From positions 1 through 39,576 of the forward strand of contig JBOIFK010000267.1 of the NCBI GenBank assembly GCA_050741585.1: DNA of 39,576 nt, in the 5' to 3' direction. The notes below the pieces were generated by a model, which had not been told where the DNA came from, did not search any database, and worked only from the letters and a program-made list of their open reading frames with translations. Of the stretch, positions 1-9,398 are shown one piece after another. Made by a program: the position numbers and the translations under genes. Within the stretch, counting starts at the first letter, position 1. Each line of letters starts with the position of its first letter. This stretch comes from Nitrosospira sp. GTDB lineage: Bacteria; Pseudomonadota; Gammaproteobacteria; Burkholderiales; Nitrosomonadaceae.

Positions 1-66
1 AAATATTGTTATTGATCATAACACTGATCTATTAGATGAGCGGTCAACTACCGGATTTAGGTTAAC

Positions 67-984
67 ATGTCCTGGATTTCCCTTACCATGGAAACTGATA
101 GCGCACATGCAGAGGTTTTGAGCGATGCGATGCTTGAACTGGGCGCCTTGTCAACGGATATACACGATGCGGCGGCCGGGACAGAACGTGAGCAGTTTCT
201 ATTCGACGAAGCCGGTGAGCCGTCTGGAGAAATCTGGTCTGCGTCGGAACTGACCGCTTTGTTCGACGCAGATGCAGATATCATTTCGATCGTGAACGCC
301 GCAGCGGAGGCAGCCCGGCTTTCCAGTCCACCCACCTATCGATTGACGGACGTGAAGGATCGGGATTGGGTACGGATTACGCAATCGCAGTTCGGTCCGA
401 TTCAGATATCGCCACGATTATGGATCGTCCCCAGCTGGCATCAGATACCCGATCCCGCTGCTGTCAATCTTATCCTTGATCCCGGGCTGGCTTTCGGCAC
501 AGGTAGTCATCCATCCACCAAACTGTGTCTCACCTGGCTTGACGAAAACCTGCAAGGAGGCGAATATGTTCTGGATTATGGTTGCGGCTCCGGCATACTT
601 GCCATCGCCGCGTCGAAGCTGGGAGCAAGCCATGCGGTGGGGATAGATATCGATCCCCAGGCGGTTGCAGCAAGCCGCGAAAATGCCATAATCAATCGAT
701 GTGACGAAACAAAAGCGGAATTTTTTACGGTTGACCTTGTGAAGCAGATAAAACCGGCACGCGACGGCCGGGCGGATATGGTGGTTGCCAATATTCTTGC
801 CAATCCTTTGATCATGCTGGCCCCGATATTGATGCGCGCTACCCGTAAGGGTGGGCTTATCGCGCTTTCCGGCATACTCATTGAACAGGCGGAAGAGGTA
901 AAGCAAGTTTATCGGCAATGGTTCAAGATGCGTATCGCAGGGGAACAGGAGGGTTGGGCATTGCTGACAGGGACGAAAACGTGA
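67..984 (+). CDS. prmA: 50S ribosomal protein L11 methyltransferase
   Basis: DPGLAFGTGSHPST, SAM-binding VLDYGCGSGILA and ANILA motifs; 305 aa. Confidence 0.96.
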   Translation: MSWISLTMETDSAHAEVLSDAMLELGALSTDIHDAAAGTEREQFLFDEAGEPSGEIWSASELTALFDADADIISIVNAAAEAARLSSPPTYRLTDVKDRDWVRITQSQFGPIQISPRLWIVPSWHQIPDPAAVNLILDPGLAFGTGSHPSTKLCLTWLDENLQGGEYVLDYGCGSGILAIAASKLGASHAVGIDIDPQAVAASRENAIINRCDETKAEFFTVDLVKQIKPARDGRADMVVANILANPLIMLAPILMRATRKGGLIALSGILIEQAEEVKQVYRQWFKMRIAGEQEGWALLTGTKT

Positions 985-1011
985 ATTTGAGCCACTTGCA
1001 AAACCACGGCT

Positions 1012-2019
1012 ATGGCGCTTGTAACTCGCTGCCCTAATTGCGCCACGGCTTTCCGCGTCACCCCCATGCATTTGCAGGCGCACGGTGGCGATGTGCGTTG
1101 CGGACGCTGCGCACAGGTATTCAACGGCTTTTCCACGCTGGCGACGACACAGGAGCCCGAAGCCATTGATTTAACCAGGACGACAGTTGAGGATACGTCA
1201 GAGGGCACGCGCGATTCCGGGGGCGTCAGGGAGCTGTTGTCAGCTTTATCCAATCAGAAAGTCTCGACCGCGGCTACCGGTCAGGAGGCCATACAGCCGC
1301 AAGCCATGGCGGAAGCGGTGCCTCACGAAGCGTCAAGTTTCGAATTGCCAGCTGCGGACGAAACGAATTCGCAAGCATCGGATACAATCAGCACGCCGCA
1401 GGATTCCCCTCCCGGGAACGACGCAGTGGAGAACCGTATCGCGGAGCCCTATATCGGAGAGAACTATGCGGCGGAAAACTATGCGTCGGAGGATTATGCG
1501 GCAGAGCGATATGCTTTTGACACGGCGCCGGCGCGCAAGTCCTTCCTCGGGTGGAGCCTCGCCAGTTTGTTTCTGCTGGTCGTGCTGGCAGCGCAGGCCG
1601 TCTATTTCTACCGCGCCCAGCTTTCTATTATGGCACCTGGCGCCAAGCCCTATCTGGAACAATTCTGCCGGCTATTGCAATGTACTATTCCCTTGCCCCA
1701 GGATGGGGCCCTGCTGAGTATAGAGTCGTCCGAGATGCAGGCGGATGCACAGCATTCCGGCGTCGTTACGCTGAATGCTATCGTACGTAACCATGCTTCC
1801 CATCCGCAGGCGTTTCCGTCATTTGAACTGACGCTCACCGATCCCCAGGATCAACCGCTTGCAAACCATATTTTCTCTCCTGACGCGTATCTGGAAAGTG
1901 ATATGGATCCGGCAAGCGTCATTGCGCCCGACCATGAATTCAACGTAAAGCTTCGTCTCGATAGCGGCCACTTGAACGCAGCCGGATATCGGTTGCATGT
2001 ATTTTATCCCGGGTCTTAG
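1012..2019 (+). CDS. Zinc-ribbon and DUF3426 domain membrane protein
   Basis: N-terminal CPNC...CGRC zinc ribbon, acidic linker, one TM helix, C-terminal DUF3426-like region; usual neighbour of prmA. Confidence 0.88.
   Translation: MALVTRCPNCATAFRVTPMHLQAHGGDVRCGRCAQVFNGFSTLATTQEPEAIDLTRTTVEDTSEGTRDSGGVRELLSALSNQKVSTAATGQEAIQPQAMAEAVPHEASSFELPAADETNSQASDTISTPQDSPPGNDAVENRIAEPYIGENYAAENYASEDYAAERYAFDTAPARKSFLGWSLASLFLLVVLAAQAVYFYRAQLSIMAPGAKPYLEQFCRLLQCTIPLPQDGALLSIESSEMQADAQHSGVVTLNAIVRNHASHPQAFPSFELTLTDPQDQPLANHIFSPDAYLESDMDPASVIAPDHEFNVKLRLDSGHLNAAGYRLHVFYPGS
1459..1515 (+). repeat. Degenerate 15-bp coding tandem repeat, about 4 copies (ENYAA/ENYAS/EDYAA/ERYA)
   Basis: gagaactatgcggcg gaaaactatgcgtcg gaggattatgcggca gagcgatatgct. 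Confidence 0.8.
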
Positions 2020-2071
2020 CGCTGCCCCGGTGCATCTTGAAATTATGGAATATCCGTCTCGTTGCGGACCA

Positions 2072-2143
2072 GCACCCTCCCGCGGAAGACGCTGCTCCGC
2101 CTTGTACCCTAAAAACCGCATACTCCATCCTGTCCAGCCGCCG
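2072..2143. repeat. Degenerate dispersed intergenic repeat, copy A (similar to 38452-38557)
   Basis: GCACCyTCCyGyGGAAG, CTCCGCCyTG, GCrTACTCCATCC and GCCGCCG occur in the same order at both loci. Confidence 0.6.
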
Positions 2144-2196
2144 GATTTAGGTTAGAATCGAAATCCCGTCAAACCAAGCATCCGTTTTCGAACAGA

Positions 2197-3009
2197 ATGA
2201 CACCTGAAGCTTTGGTCGAAATCAAAGGACTGAACTTCTCCTATGGAGAGCGTTCCATCCTGAAAGGAATCGACATGACCATGTTGCGTGGCAAAGTCAT
2301 CGCAATCATGGGTGGCAGCGGTAGCGGAAAAACCACGCTATTACGCCTTATCGGCGGCGCAATCGTTCCATCTTCGGGTTACGTCAAAGTTGCCGGCAAG
2401 GTGGTGCATGAGCTCAAAAGGGATGAGCTCTTCCAGATGCGCCGAAAAATGAGCATGCTATTCCAGTTCGGCGCATTGTTTACCGATCTTTCGGTATTCG
2501 ACAATGTGGCTTTCCAGATGCGGGAACATACCGATTTGCCGGAATCCATGATTCGCGATCTGGTGCTGATGAAACTACAGGCGGTCGGTCTGCGAGGCGT
2601 CCATGATCTGATGCCCGCCGAGCTCTCGGGAGGAATGGCGCGACGTGTGGCGCTGGCTCGCTCCGTTGCGCTTGACCCGGTGCTGATCATGTATGACGAG
2701 CCCTTTACCGGCCTCGATCCAATTTCGCTAAGCGTAATCGGAAATTTGATCCGTCGTCTCACTGATGCCTTAGGTATGACCTCCATTGTCGTAACGCACG
2801 ATGTGCAGGAGTCTTTGAAAATTGTTGATTACGTTTATTTCGTCTCGGAGGGTGTGATCGCCGCGCATGGTACTCCAGCCGAGGTGCGGGGATCGGTTGC
2901 GCCTTTTGTGCATCAGTTCGTGCACGGCGAAGAAGATGGCCCTGTTTCATTTCATTACCCTGCGGAGGCTTACGCAAGCGATCTGAAACTGGAGAGCGAT
3001 TTTGCCTAG
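2197..3009 (+). CDS. mlaF: Mla phospholipid ABC transporter ATP-binding subunit
   Basis: Walker [40 protein letters not shown]; first gene of the mla cluster. Confidence 0.95.
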   Translation: MTPEALVEIKGLNFSYGERSILKGIDMTMLRGKVIAIMGGSGSGKTTLLRLIGGAIVPSSGYVKVAGKVVHELKRDELFQMRRKMSMLFQFGALFTDLSVFDNVAFQMREHTDLPESMIRDLVLMKLQAVGLRGVHDLMPAELSGGMARRVALARSVALDPVLIMYDEPFTGLDPISLSVIGNLIRRLTDALGMTSIVVTHDVQESLKIVDYVYFVSEGVIAAHGTPAEVRGSVAPFVHQFVHGEEDGPVSFHYPAEAYASDLKLESDFA

Positions 3010-3799
3010 GCGCATCGTCCTCGGTATCCGGGGGATCGGCCATCGCGTGATAGACAGTGTTTGGCGGCTGGGCTACGCCAGCCGATTTTTTCTGTTGATA
3101 CTGCTTAAATCGGGCACCAGCCTTCGGCGCTTCGGCCTGATTATCCGCGAGCTCTATTTTACCGGCGTGCTCTCGCTGATTATCATTCTTGTATCGGGAT
3201 TGTTTGTCGGCATGGTGCTGGGATTGCAGGGTTACGAAACGCTACAAAAATATGGTGCCGAATCGGCCGTCGGCACGCTGGTTGCATTGTCGCTGGTACG
3301 GGAACTCGGGCCCGTTGTTGCAGCGCTGTTGTTTGCCAGCCGTGCCGGCTCGGCCATTACCGCGGAAATCGGCTTGATGAAAGCCACTGAGCAATTGGCG
3401 GCAATGGAAATGATGGCGGTGGACCCGATTGCGCGGGTGGTGGCTCCCCGGTTTTGGGCGGGCGTGATTTCAATGCCGTTTCTGGCGGCATTGTTTTCCA
3501 CCGTTGGCATTTTTGGCGGTTACCTGGTCGCAGTGGTGCTTATCGGGGTTGACGAGGGTTCATTCTGGTCACAAATGCAAAATGCAGTGGATTTCCGCTA
3601 CGACATCGTCAATGGCATTATCAAGACCTGTGTTTTTGGCGTGGCAGTCACGGCGATTGCGGTATTCGAGGGATATGATGCATCACCTACCGCGGAGGGA
3701 GTGTCCGGTGCCACCACGCGCACCGTGGTGACCTCGTCGCTGGCGATTTTGGGACTCGATTTTATTTTGACCTCGTTCATGTTCAGGGGAATGAACTGA
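3002..3799 (+). CDS. mlaE: Mla ABC transporter permease
   Basis: [32 protein letters not shown] signature; TTG start uncertain. Confidence 0.95.
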   Translation: MPRRIVLGIRGIGHRVIDSVWRLGYASRFFLLILLKSGTSLRRFGLIIRELYFTGVLSLIIILVSGLFVGMVLGLQGYETLQKYGAESAVGTLVALSLVRELGPVVAALLFASRAGSAITAEIGLMKATEQLAAMEMMAVDPIARVVAPRFWAGVISMPFLAALFSTVGIFGGYLVAVVLIGVDEGSFWSQMQNAVDFRYDIVNGIIKTCVFGVAVTAIAVFEGYDASPTAEGVSGATTRTVVTSSLAILGLDFILTSFMFRGMN

Positions 3800-4287
3800 T
3801 GCAGCGGACAGTAATGGATTTGTGGGTTGGCCTATTTGTCATTGTCGGAATCGGTGCACTGCTGGTATTGGCATTGAAGGTGGGAAACATGGGCACTTAC
3901 AGTGCCGCTCAAAGCTATGTGCTAATTGGGAATTTCGAGAATATCGGTGGTTTGAAAATCAGGGCGCCGGTAAAGAGTGCTGGCGTGGTCGTGGGGCGTG
4001 TAACGGACATCCAGTTTAATACCAAGACCTTCGATGCCGCGGTAACCATGAGCATAGATAGCCGTTATGAATTCCCCAAGGATACTTTCGCCAGCATCCT
4101 TACAGCAGGCCTTTTAGGAGAGCAATACATCGGCTTGGCGGCGGGTGGCGACGAGACCGTATTAAAGGATGGCGACAAAATCATGAAAACGAATTCAGCG
4201 TTAGTGCTGGAAGAGATGATCGGGCGTTTCCTGTTTGACAAGGCATCAGAGAATAAGGAGTCAGGAGGGGATGGGAAACAGGAATGA
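3799..4287 (+). CDS. mlaD: MCE-domain lipid asymmetry protein
   Basis: N-terminal TM, FENIGGLKIRAPVKSAGVVVGRV, ILTAGLLGEQYI. Confidence 0.95.
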   Translation: MQRTVMDLWVGLFVIVGIGALLVLALKVGNMGTYSAAQSYVLIGNFENIGGLKIRAPVKSAGVVVGRVTDIQFNTKTFDAAVTMSIDSRYEFPKDTFASILTAGLLGEQYIGLAAGGDETVLKDGDKIMKTNSALVLEEMIGRFLFDKASENKESGGDGKQE

Positions 4288-4361
4288 TGGTTGAGTAATA
4301 AATCGCAGTTCTCCGTGTAGAAGTATTCCGGTCTGTTAGAATAAATTTTAGCGAGGAAATC

Positions 4362-5000
4362 ATGAAAAAATATTTCGGTGCATGCGTATTGCTGGTGGGA
4401 TGTTTGCTTGCGCTTCCCGCATGGTCAGCGGAAACCAGTCCCGATACGCTGGTGGATAATACGGCGCAGGAGGTACTTGCAATTGTCAGGCAGGACAAGG
4501 ACATTCGGGCAGGCAATACCGCCAAGATTCTTGACCTGGTGGAGGCCAAAATACTGCCTCATTTCAATTTTACCCGAATGACCCGGCTGGCCATGGGGAA
4601 GAACTGGTCCAAGGCTGAGCCCGAGCAGCAGCAGCAACTGGTGAAAGAGTTCCGTACCTTGCTGGTGCGTACTTATTCCAATGCGCTGACCACTTATCGC
4701 GACCATACTATTAAGGTTGAACCGCTGAAAGGGCAGCCAGGCGATAACGATACCATGGTAAAAACACAAGTAATACAGGGCCATGGCCAACAGCCTGTTC
4801 CTATCGACTACAGCATGGAAAAAACCGATGACGGCTGGAAAGTGTACGATGTGACCGTGGCCGGGGTAAGCCTGGTAACCAATTACCGGAGCACTTTCAA
4901 TAGCCAGGTTCAGCAGGGGGGGGTGGACAAATTGATCAAAACGCTGATGGAAAAGAATCGTTCGCTGATAGCCGGCGATAAAAAGGCTTCAGCCCAGTAA
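4362..5000 (+). CDS. mlaC: Periplasmic phospholipid shuttle (MlaC/Ttg2D)
   Basis: Signal peptide; WKVYDVTVAGVSLVTNYRSTF. Confidence 0.93.
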   Translation: MKKYFGACVLLVGCLLALPAWSAETSPDTLVDNTAQEVLAIVRQDKDIRAGNTAKILDLVEAKILPHFNFTRMTRLAMGKNWSKAEPEQQQQLVKEFRTLLVRTYSNALTTYRDHTIKVEPLKGQPGDNDTMVKTQVIQGHGQQPVPIDYSMEKTDDGWKVYDVTVAGVSLVTNYRSTFNSQVQQGGVDKLIKTLMEKNRSLIAGDKKASAQ

Positions 5001-5003
5001 TCC

Positions 5004-5297
5004 ATGGCGGCGGAAATGACCCTGTCTGAGGACGGTAAACTGAGCGTCGAGGGATCAATAACCGTCCATAACGTCGTTGCGGTGGTCGAGCGGGGCATTG
5101 CCTTGTTTGACCGGGATGATCTGGTGATCGATCTGATACACGTGACTGAAGTGGACTCCTCGGCCGTCAGCATGTTGCTGGAATGGCAGCGGGAGGCTCA
5201 CCGCTGTCAGCGCCGGATTTGTTTCGCCAATACGCCATCCAACTTGAAAGGCCTCGCTCAATTATATGGCGTTTCCGAATTACTCTCCTTGGCGTGA
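5004..5297 (+). CDS. mlaB: STAS domain protein
   Basis: VDSSAVSMLLEW and LAQLYGV; follows mlaC. Confidence 0.88.
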   Translation: MAAEMTLSEDGKLSVEGSITVHNVVAVVERGIALFDRDDLVIDLIHVTEVDSSAVSMLLEWQREAHRCQRRICFANTPSNLKGLAQLYGVSELLSLA

Positions 5298-5478
5298 GTC
5301 TGACGTGAGTCACCAAGCCATTGCCGAGGTTGGTTAAGTCCCAAAGGTGTTCCAAATACGATGAGTGGAAAACGCCCGGATTCGGGCTATGCCCTCTCGG
5401 CGGGAACGGGCAGTAATCACCGCATGGCTGCATATCGCCCGCTGCTCCCTGTGGTTCTTATCTCTTATTTGCTTCCTC

Positions 5479-6402
5479 ATGACACTGGCAATCGAAGTCA
5501 AGCAGGTGCATAAGCGCTTCGGTGCATTGCATGCGCTGGGTGGCGTTGACCTGGAAATCGATACGGGTGAATTTTTCGCTCTGCTCGGCCCCAATGGTGC
5601 GGGCAAGACCACGCTGATTAATATTATTGCCGGCCTGACCCGCGCCAGCAGCGGCAGCGTCAACGTAATGGGACACGACGTCGTCGTCGGCTATCGCCAG
5701 GCGCGCCGCATGCTGGGGGTCGTGCCGCAGGAGCTGGTATTCGACCCATTCTTTACCGTGCGGGAAACGCTTGCCATCCAGTCCGGCTATTACGGCCTGA
5801 AGAAGAATAGCGCCTGGATAGATGAAATCGTTCACCATCTGGACCTTGCCGATAAGGCCGACGCCAACATGCGCACCCTGTCCGGCGGCATGAAGCGGCG
5901 CGTGCTGGTAGCGCAGGCGCTCGTGCATAAGCCGCCGGTGATCGTTCTGGATGAGCCTACCGCGGGTGTGGACGTGGAGTTGCGCGAGGCGCTCTGGCGT
6001 TTCGTCAAGCAGCTGAATCGCAACGGTCACACCATTGTGCTAACCACCCACTATCTTGATGAAGCGGAAGCCTTATGCAACCGCGTGGCAATGCTCAAAC
6101 AAGGGAATATCGTCGCCCTCGACAGCATCAGGAATCTCATCAACAGCATTCCCGGATGCTCGGTGCGACTGCGGCTGTCGCCCGACACGCTGCCTTCAAT
6201 GCTGCAACCGTTAGTGAGCAGTCGCGAGGAAGGATACTATATTCTGGCGCTCACCAAATATTCGCAGCTTGAAGATGTGATGGCGGCATTGCGCGTGGCG
6301 AAGGCGCAGATCCTGGAGTTGCAGGTGTTGCAGCCTGATCTGGAAGAAGCGTTCGTGAAAATCACGGGGAACGCAAGACGCCCGGAATCCATGTCCGTAT
6401 GA
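5479..6402 (+). CDS. ABC-2 type transporter ATP-binding protein (YadG-like)
   Basis: GPNGAGKTT, LSGGMKRR, LDEPTAGVD; start moved to ATG 5479 because the upstream 38 codons do not look like part of the domain. Confidence 0.9.
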   Translation: MTLAIEVKQVHKRFGALHALGGVDLEIDTGEFFALLGPNGAGKTTLINIIAGLTRASSGSVNVMGHDVVVGYRQARRMLGVVPQELVFDPFFTVRETLAIQSGYYGLKKNSAWIDEIVHHLDLADKADANMRTLSGGMKRRVLVAQALVHKPPVIVLDEPTAGVDVELREALWRFVKQLNRNGHTIVLTTHYLDEAEALCNRVAMLKQGNIVALDSIRNLINSIPGCSVRLRLSPDTLPSMLQPLVSSREEGYYILALTKYSQLEDVMAALRVAKAQILELQVLQPDLEEAFVKITGNARRPESMSV

Positions 6403-7154
6403 GCGGATTTCCGACCCTGCTCTACAAGGAATTGCTGCGATTCTGGAAAGTGGGATTCCAAACCGTTTTTGCGCCCATGCTATCCGCATTGCTCTATCTG
6501 ATGATTTTCTCCCATGCGCTAAAAGAACACGTGCAGGCCTATCCCGGCGTGACTTATACCATTTTTCTGATTCCGGGACTGGTGATGATGGCGATCCTGC
6601 AAAATGCATTCGCGAATTCGTCATCCAGCCTGATTCAATCGAAGGTCTCAGGCAATCTCGTCTTTGTCCTCTTATCGCCACTGTCCTACCGGGAAATTTT
6701 TATGGCCTATGTGCTGGCCTCGGTCGTGCGCGGGCTGGCGGTGGGACTTGGGGTCTACCTGGTGACGCTCGTCTTTTTCGACGTGCCCTTGCGTTCGTCG
6801 GCGTGGGTGTTTACATTTGCCGTCATGGGGAGTGCATTGCTGGGGGCGTTGGGGATTATCGCGGGTATCTGGGCGGAAAAATTTGATCAGCTTGCCGCAT
6901 TTCAGAACTTCGTCATTCTGCCGCTGACGTTTTTATCGGGAGTGTTCTATTCGATTCACTCATTGCCGCCGTTCTGGCAGGGGGTGTCGCATCTGAACCC
7001 GTTCTTCTATATGATTGACGGGTTCCGCTACGGTTTTTTCAGTGTGTCCGATATTTCACCTTATGTCAGCCTCGGCATTGTAGCAACGTGCTTCCTGGCG
7101 GTATCATGGCTGACATTGCAAATGCTGAAGAAAGGCTACAAGATCCGGCATTAA
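6399..7154 (+). CDS. ABC-2 type transporter permease (YadH-like)
   Basis: About six TM segments, PLTFLSGVFYSI and NPFFYMIDGFRYGF; ATGA overlap with the ATPase. Confidence 0.9.
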   Translation: MSGFPTLLYKELLRFWKVGFQTVFAPMLSALLYLMIFSHALKEHVQAYPGVTYTIFLIPGLVMMAILQNAFANSSSSLIQSKVSGNLVFVLLSPLSYREIFMAYVLASVVRGLAVGLGVYLVTLVFFDVPLRSSAWVFTFAVMGSALLGALGIIAGIWAEKFDQLAAFQNFVILPLTFLSGVFYSIHSLPPFWQGVSHLNPFFYMIDGFRYGFFSVSDISPYVSLGIVATCFLAVSWLTLQMLKKGYKIRH

Positions 7155-7278
7155 GAGCATTCCAAAACCCATGCGAGCGAATCGCCGAGGATGAACCTGC
7201 ACAGCAGCTATCGTTTTCGATTCTGATCGAATAATCGCTTATTCTATTGAAAAGCCATTTCATATAAAGGAAGAAAGA

Positions 7279-7527
7279 ATGGTCACATCGGAAAGCATAA
7301 AAAAACATATTGAAACCTCTATGCCATGCGAATTGGTGGAAGTGGCAGGCGATGATGGCCGTCATTTCGAGGCCGTCATTGTCAGCGCGGAATTCCGGGA
7401 CAAGAACATGGTGCAGCAGCACCAACTCGTTTACCGTGTGCTTGGCGACAGGATGAAGCAGGAGATTCATGCATTATCCATGAAAACCCTGACGCCGGAA
7501 CAATGGGCGAAGACCAGCCAGAGCTGA
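7279..7527 (+). CDS. BolA/IbaG family protein
   Basis: GDDGRHFEAVIVS, QHQLVY, IHALSMKT. Confidence 0.92.
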   Translation: MVTSESIKKHIETSMPCELVEVAGDDGRHFEAVIVSAEFRDKNMVQQHQLVYRVLGDRMKQEIHALSMKTLTPEQWAKTSQS

Positions 7528-7541
7528 TATGATCGTGGCGA

Positions 7542-8384
7542 TTACGCTGGTGTTATCGCTCCGCGCATTTTCTGCATTGCCTTGGCTTCGATCTGACGGA
7601 TACGCTCGGCGGAGACGCCCAGTTCGTCAGCAAGGTCATGCAGGGTTGCGGTATCTTTTTCCCGCAGCCAGCGTGCTTCGATGATGTGCCGGCTACGTGC
7701 GTCCAGGCTGGCCAGCGCCTGTTCCAGTCCTTCGCCGCGTAAGCGCCTGGTTTGTTCAGCTTCCAGCAATTGTGCGGGTTCCGAGCTATCTGTGAGATAT
7801 GCGATGGGGCTGAATGTCTCATCGTCGTCTTCAGACAGAGGTTCGAGTGAGATGTCACGTCCGTTGAAGCGAGTCTCCATTTCCACCACTTCCTCCGGTT
7901 TGACCCCCAATTGCCTAGCCACGGCATTGATTTCCGTGGGGTTCATGGTGTCCAGAACCGGCTTCATGCTGCGCAGGTTAAAAAACAGCTTGCGTTGTGC
8001 CTTGGTAGTGGCAATTTTTACCAATCGCCAGTTACGCAGTATGAATTCATGGATTTCCGCCTTGATCCAATGTACTGCAAAGGATACCAGTCTTACGCCA
8101 CGTTCAGGATCGTAACGTTTGACCGCTTTCATAAGGCCGACATTGCCCTCCTGAATCAGATCGGCCTGAGGCAGGCCGTAACCTTTGTAGCCGCGGGCAA
8201 TGGCGACCACGACGCGCAGGTGTGACAACACCAGCTGACGAGCCGCGTTTATATTTTCCTCATCCCGCAAAGATCGCGCCAGGCGAATTTCTTCTTCCTG
8301 GGAAAGAATGGGAAAGCGATTGGCAGACTGAACGTAGCTTTCAATGCTACCGCCCGCCGAAGGTAGGGCTAAAGCGAAAGTCAT
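7542..8384 (-). CDS. rpoH: RNA polymerase heat-shock sigma factor sigma-32
   Basis: DLIQEGNVGLMKAV, RpoH box QRKLFFNLR, region 4 VSAERIRQIE; AGGAGGA SD upstream. Confidence 0.97.
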   Translation of the reverse strand: MTFALALPSAGGSIESYVQSANRFPILSQEEEIRLARSLRDEENINAARQLVLSHLRVVVAIARGYKGYGLPQADLIQEGNVGLMKAVKRYDPERGVRLVSFAVHWIKAEIHEFILRNWRLVKIATTKAQRKLFFNLRSMKPVLDTMNPTEINAVARQLGVKPEEVVEMETRFNGRDISLEPLSEDDDETFSPIAYLTDSSEPAQLLEAEQTRRLRGEGLEQALASLDARSRHIIEARWLREKDTATLHDLADELGVSAERIRQIEAKAMQKMRGAITPA

Positions 8385-8424
8385 GTATCCTCCTTGAGTC
8401 TCCTACTAAATTAACCTCTTCGAA

Positions 8425-8452
8425 TGAGAGAGTCAACAGGCGCGGAAAGTTC
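8425..8452 (-). promoter_or_regulatory. Putative sigma-E (RpoE/AlgU) promoter of rpoH
   Basis: Minus strand GAACTT-N17-TCTCA; rpoH has sigma-E promoters in other proteobacteria. Confidence 0.55.
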
Positions 8453-8489
8453 CCTGCGGGGGTGCGTAAGGGACGCTTAACCTTATGAA

Positions 8490-9398
8490 TTACCTTGGTT
8501 CTATTTGCCAGAGGTGGTTTGCTACCGACAACCAGGCACCCACCCAACCCAAGCAGGCGGAGAATAGCAACAAGCTCAGGCTGTCCTCAAGTGAAAGATG
8601 ATAGAGACGCAAGTTGATCTCATATAGCTGCATCACCCCTCCCAGTTCATCATCTATCAGACGGATTCCGAGAGAAATAATGAGCCATGCCGCAGCGCCG
8701 CCCGCCATCCCCTGGATGGCGCCGAAGTAGAGAAAAGGACGACGGATGAAGCCGTTGGTTGCGCCGATCAATTTCGACACTTCTATCTCATCCCGCTTGG
8801 TAAGAATTTGCAGGCGTATGGTGTTAAATGTCACGGCAACGAGCGCGAAACTCAGCAGGCCGGCAACGATCAGGACTGCCAGCCGGCCCAGTCTGAGCAG
8901 CGCTTCCAGCCGCTTGGCCCAGGCCGAATCAAGCTGCGCATGTTCGATTCCGGGCCAGGTCCGCAACTCAGCCTGCAATTCTTCCAGCGACTTGGGCGGG
9001 AGGCTTCTGGCATTAATCACAAAAGCGTCGGGTAGCGGATTTTGTTCAAGACCGTCCGCAATGTCCGCCAGCCCGCTGTCCTGCTTGAATTGCATCAATG
9101 CGCTTTCCCTGGATATGAACTCGAAGCTCGCGACCTGCGGGTGTTCTCTCAAACGTGATTCAATTTGAGCTACCTCGTCGTTATTGGCATCCAGCTTCAG
9201 AAACAGGCTCAGTTGCGGTGCCCCCGAAACCTGACCCGAGAATGCCTGGAGGTTTTCCAGCAGCATGTAAATTCCAGCGGGGAGGCTGAAGGCAATTCCG
9301 ATGACGGCAATACTGAGCAGGCTTCCAATTGGCGCGCCCACCAGCCGTTTAAGCGCCAGGACAAACGCATACCAGTGATGAGCAAACCACACGCTCAT
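8490..9398 (-). CDS. ftsX: Cell division permease FtsX
   Basis: NPLPDAF, NTIRLQI, LIGATNGFIRRPFLY; downstream of ftsE. Confidence 0.95.
   Translation of the reverse strand: MSVWFAHHWYAFVLALKRLVGAPIGSLLSIAVIGIAFSLPAGIYMLLENLQAFSGQVSGAPQLSLFLKLDANNDEVAQIESRLREHPQVASFEFISRESALMQFKQDSGLADIADGLEQNPLPDAFVINARSLPPKSLEELQAELRTWPGIEHAQLDSAWAKRLEALLRLGRLAVLIVAGLLSFALVAVTFNTIRLQILTKRDEIEVSKLIGATNGFIRRPFLYFGAIQGMAGGAAAWLIISLGIRLIDDELGGVMQLYEINLRLYHLSLEDSLSLLLFSACLGWVGAWLSVANHLWQIEPR

Noticed and set aside
418..1083. Long antisense ORFs (for example 418-1083, 26694-27605, 28510-29178)
   Set aside because: Shadow frames of well-supported genes, with no recognisable motifs.
51..2154. Exact 14-bp direct repeat CCGGATTTAGGTTA at 51-64 and 2141-2154 flanking prmA-DUF3426, suggesting att sites
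   Set aside because: A few 14-mer matches are expected by chance in 40 kb, the enclosed genes are core, and there is no integrase; the copies overlap an SD-like and a -10-like sequence.
7155..7212. Possible further MITE remnant after the ABC permease
   Set aside because: No partner inverted repeat and no alignable match to the other repeats.
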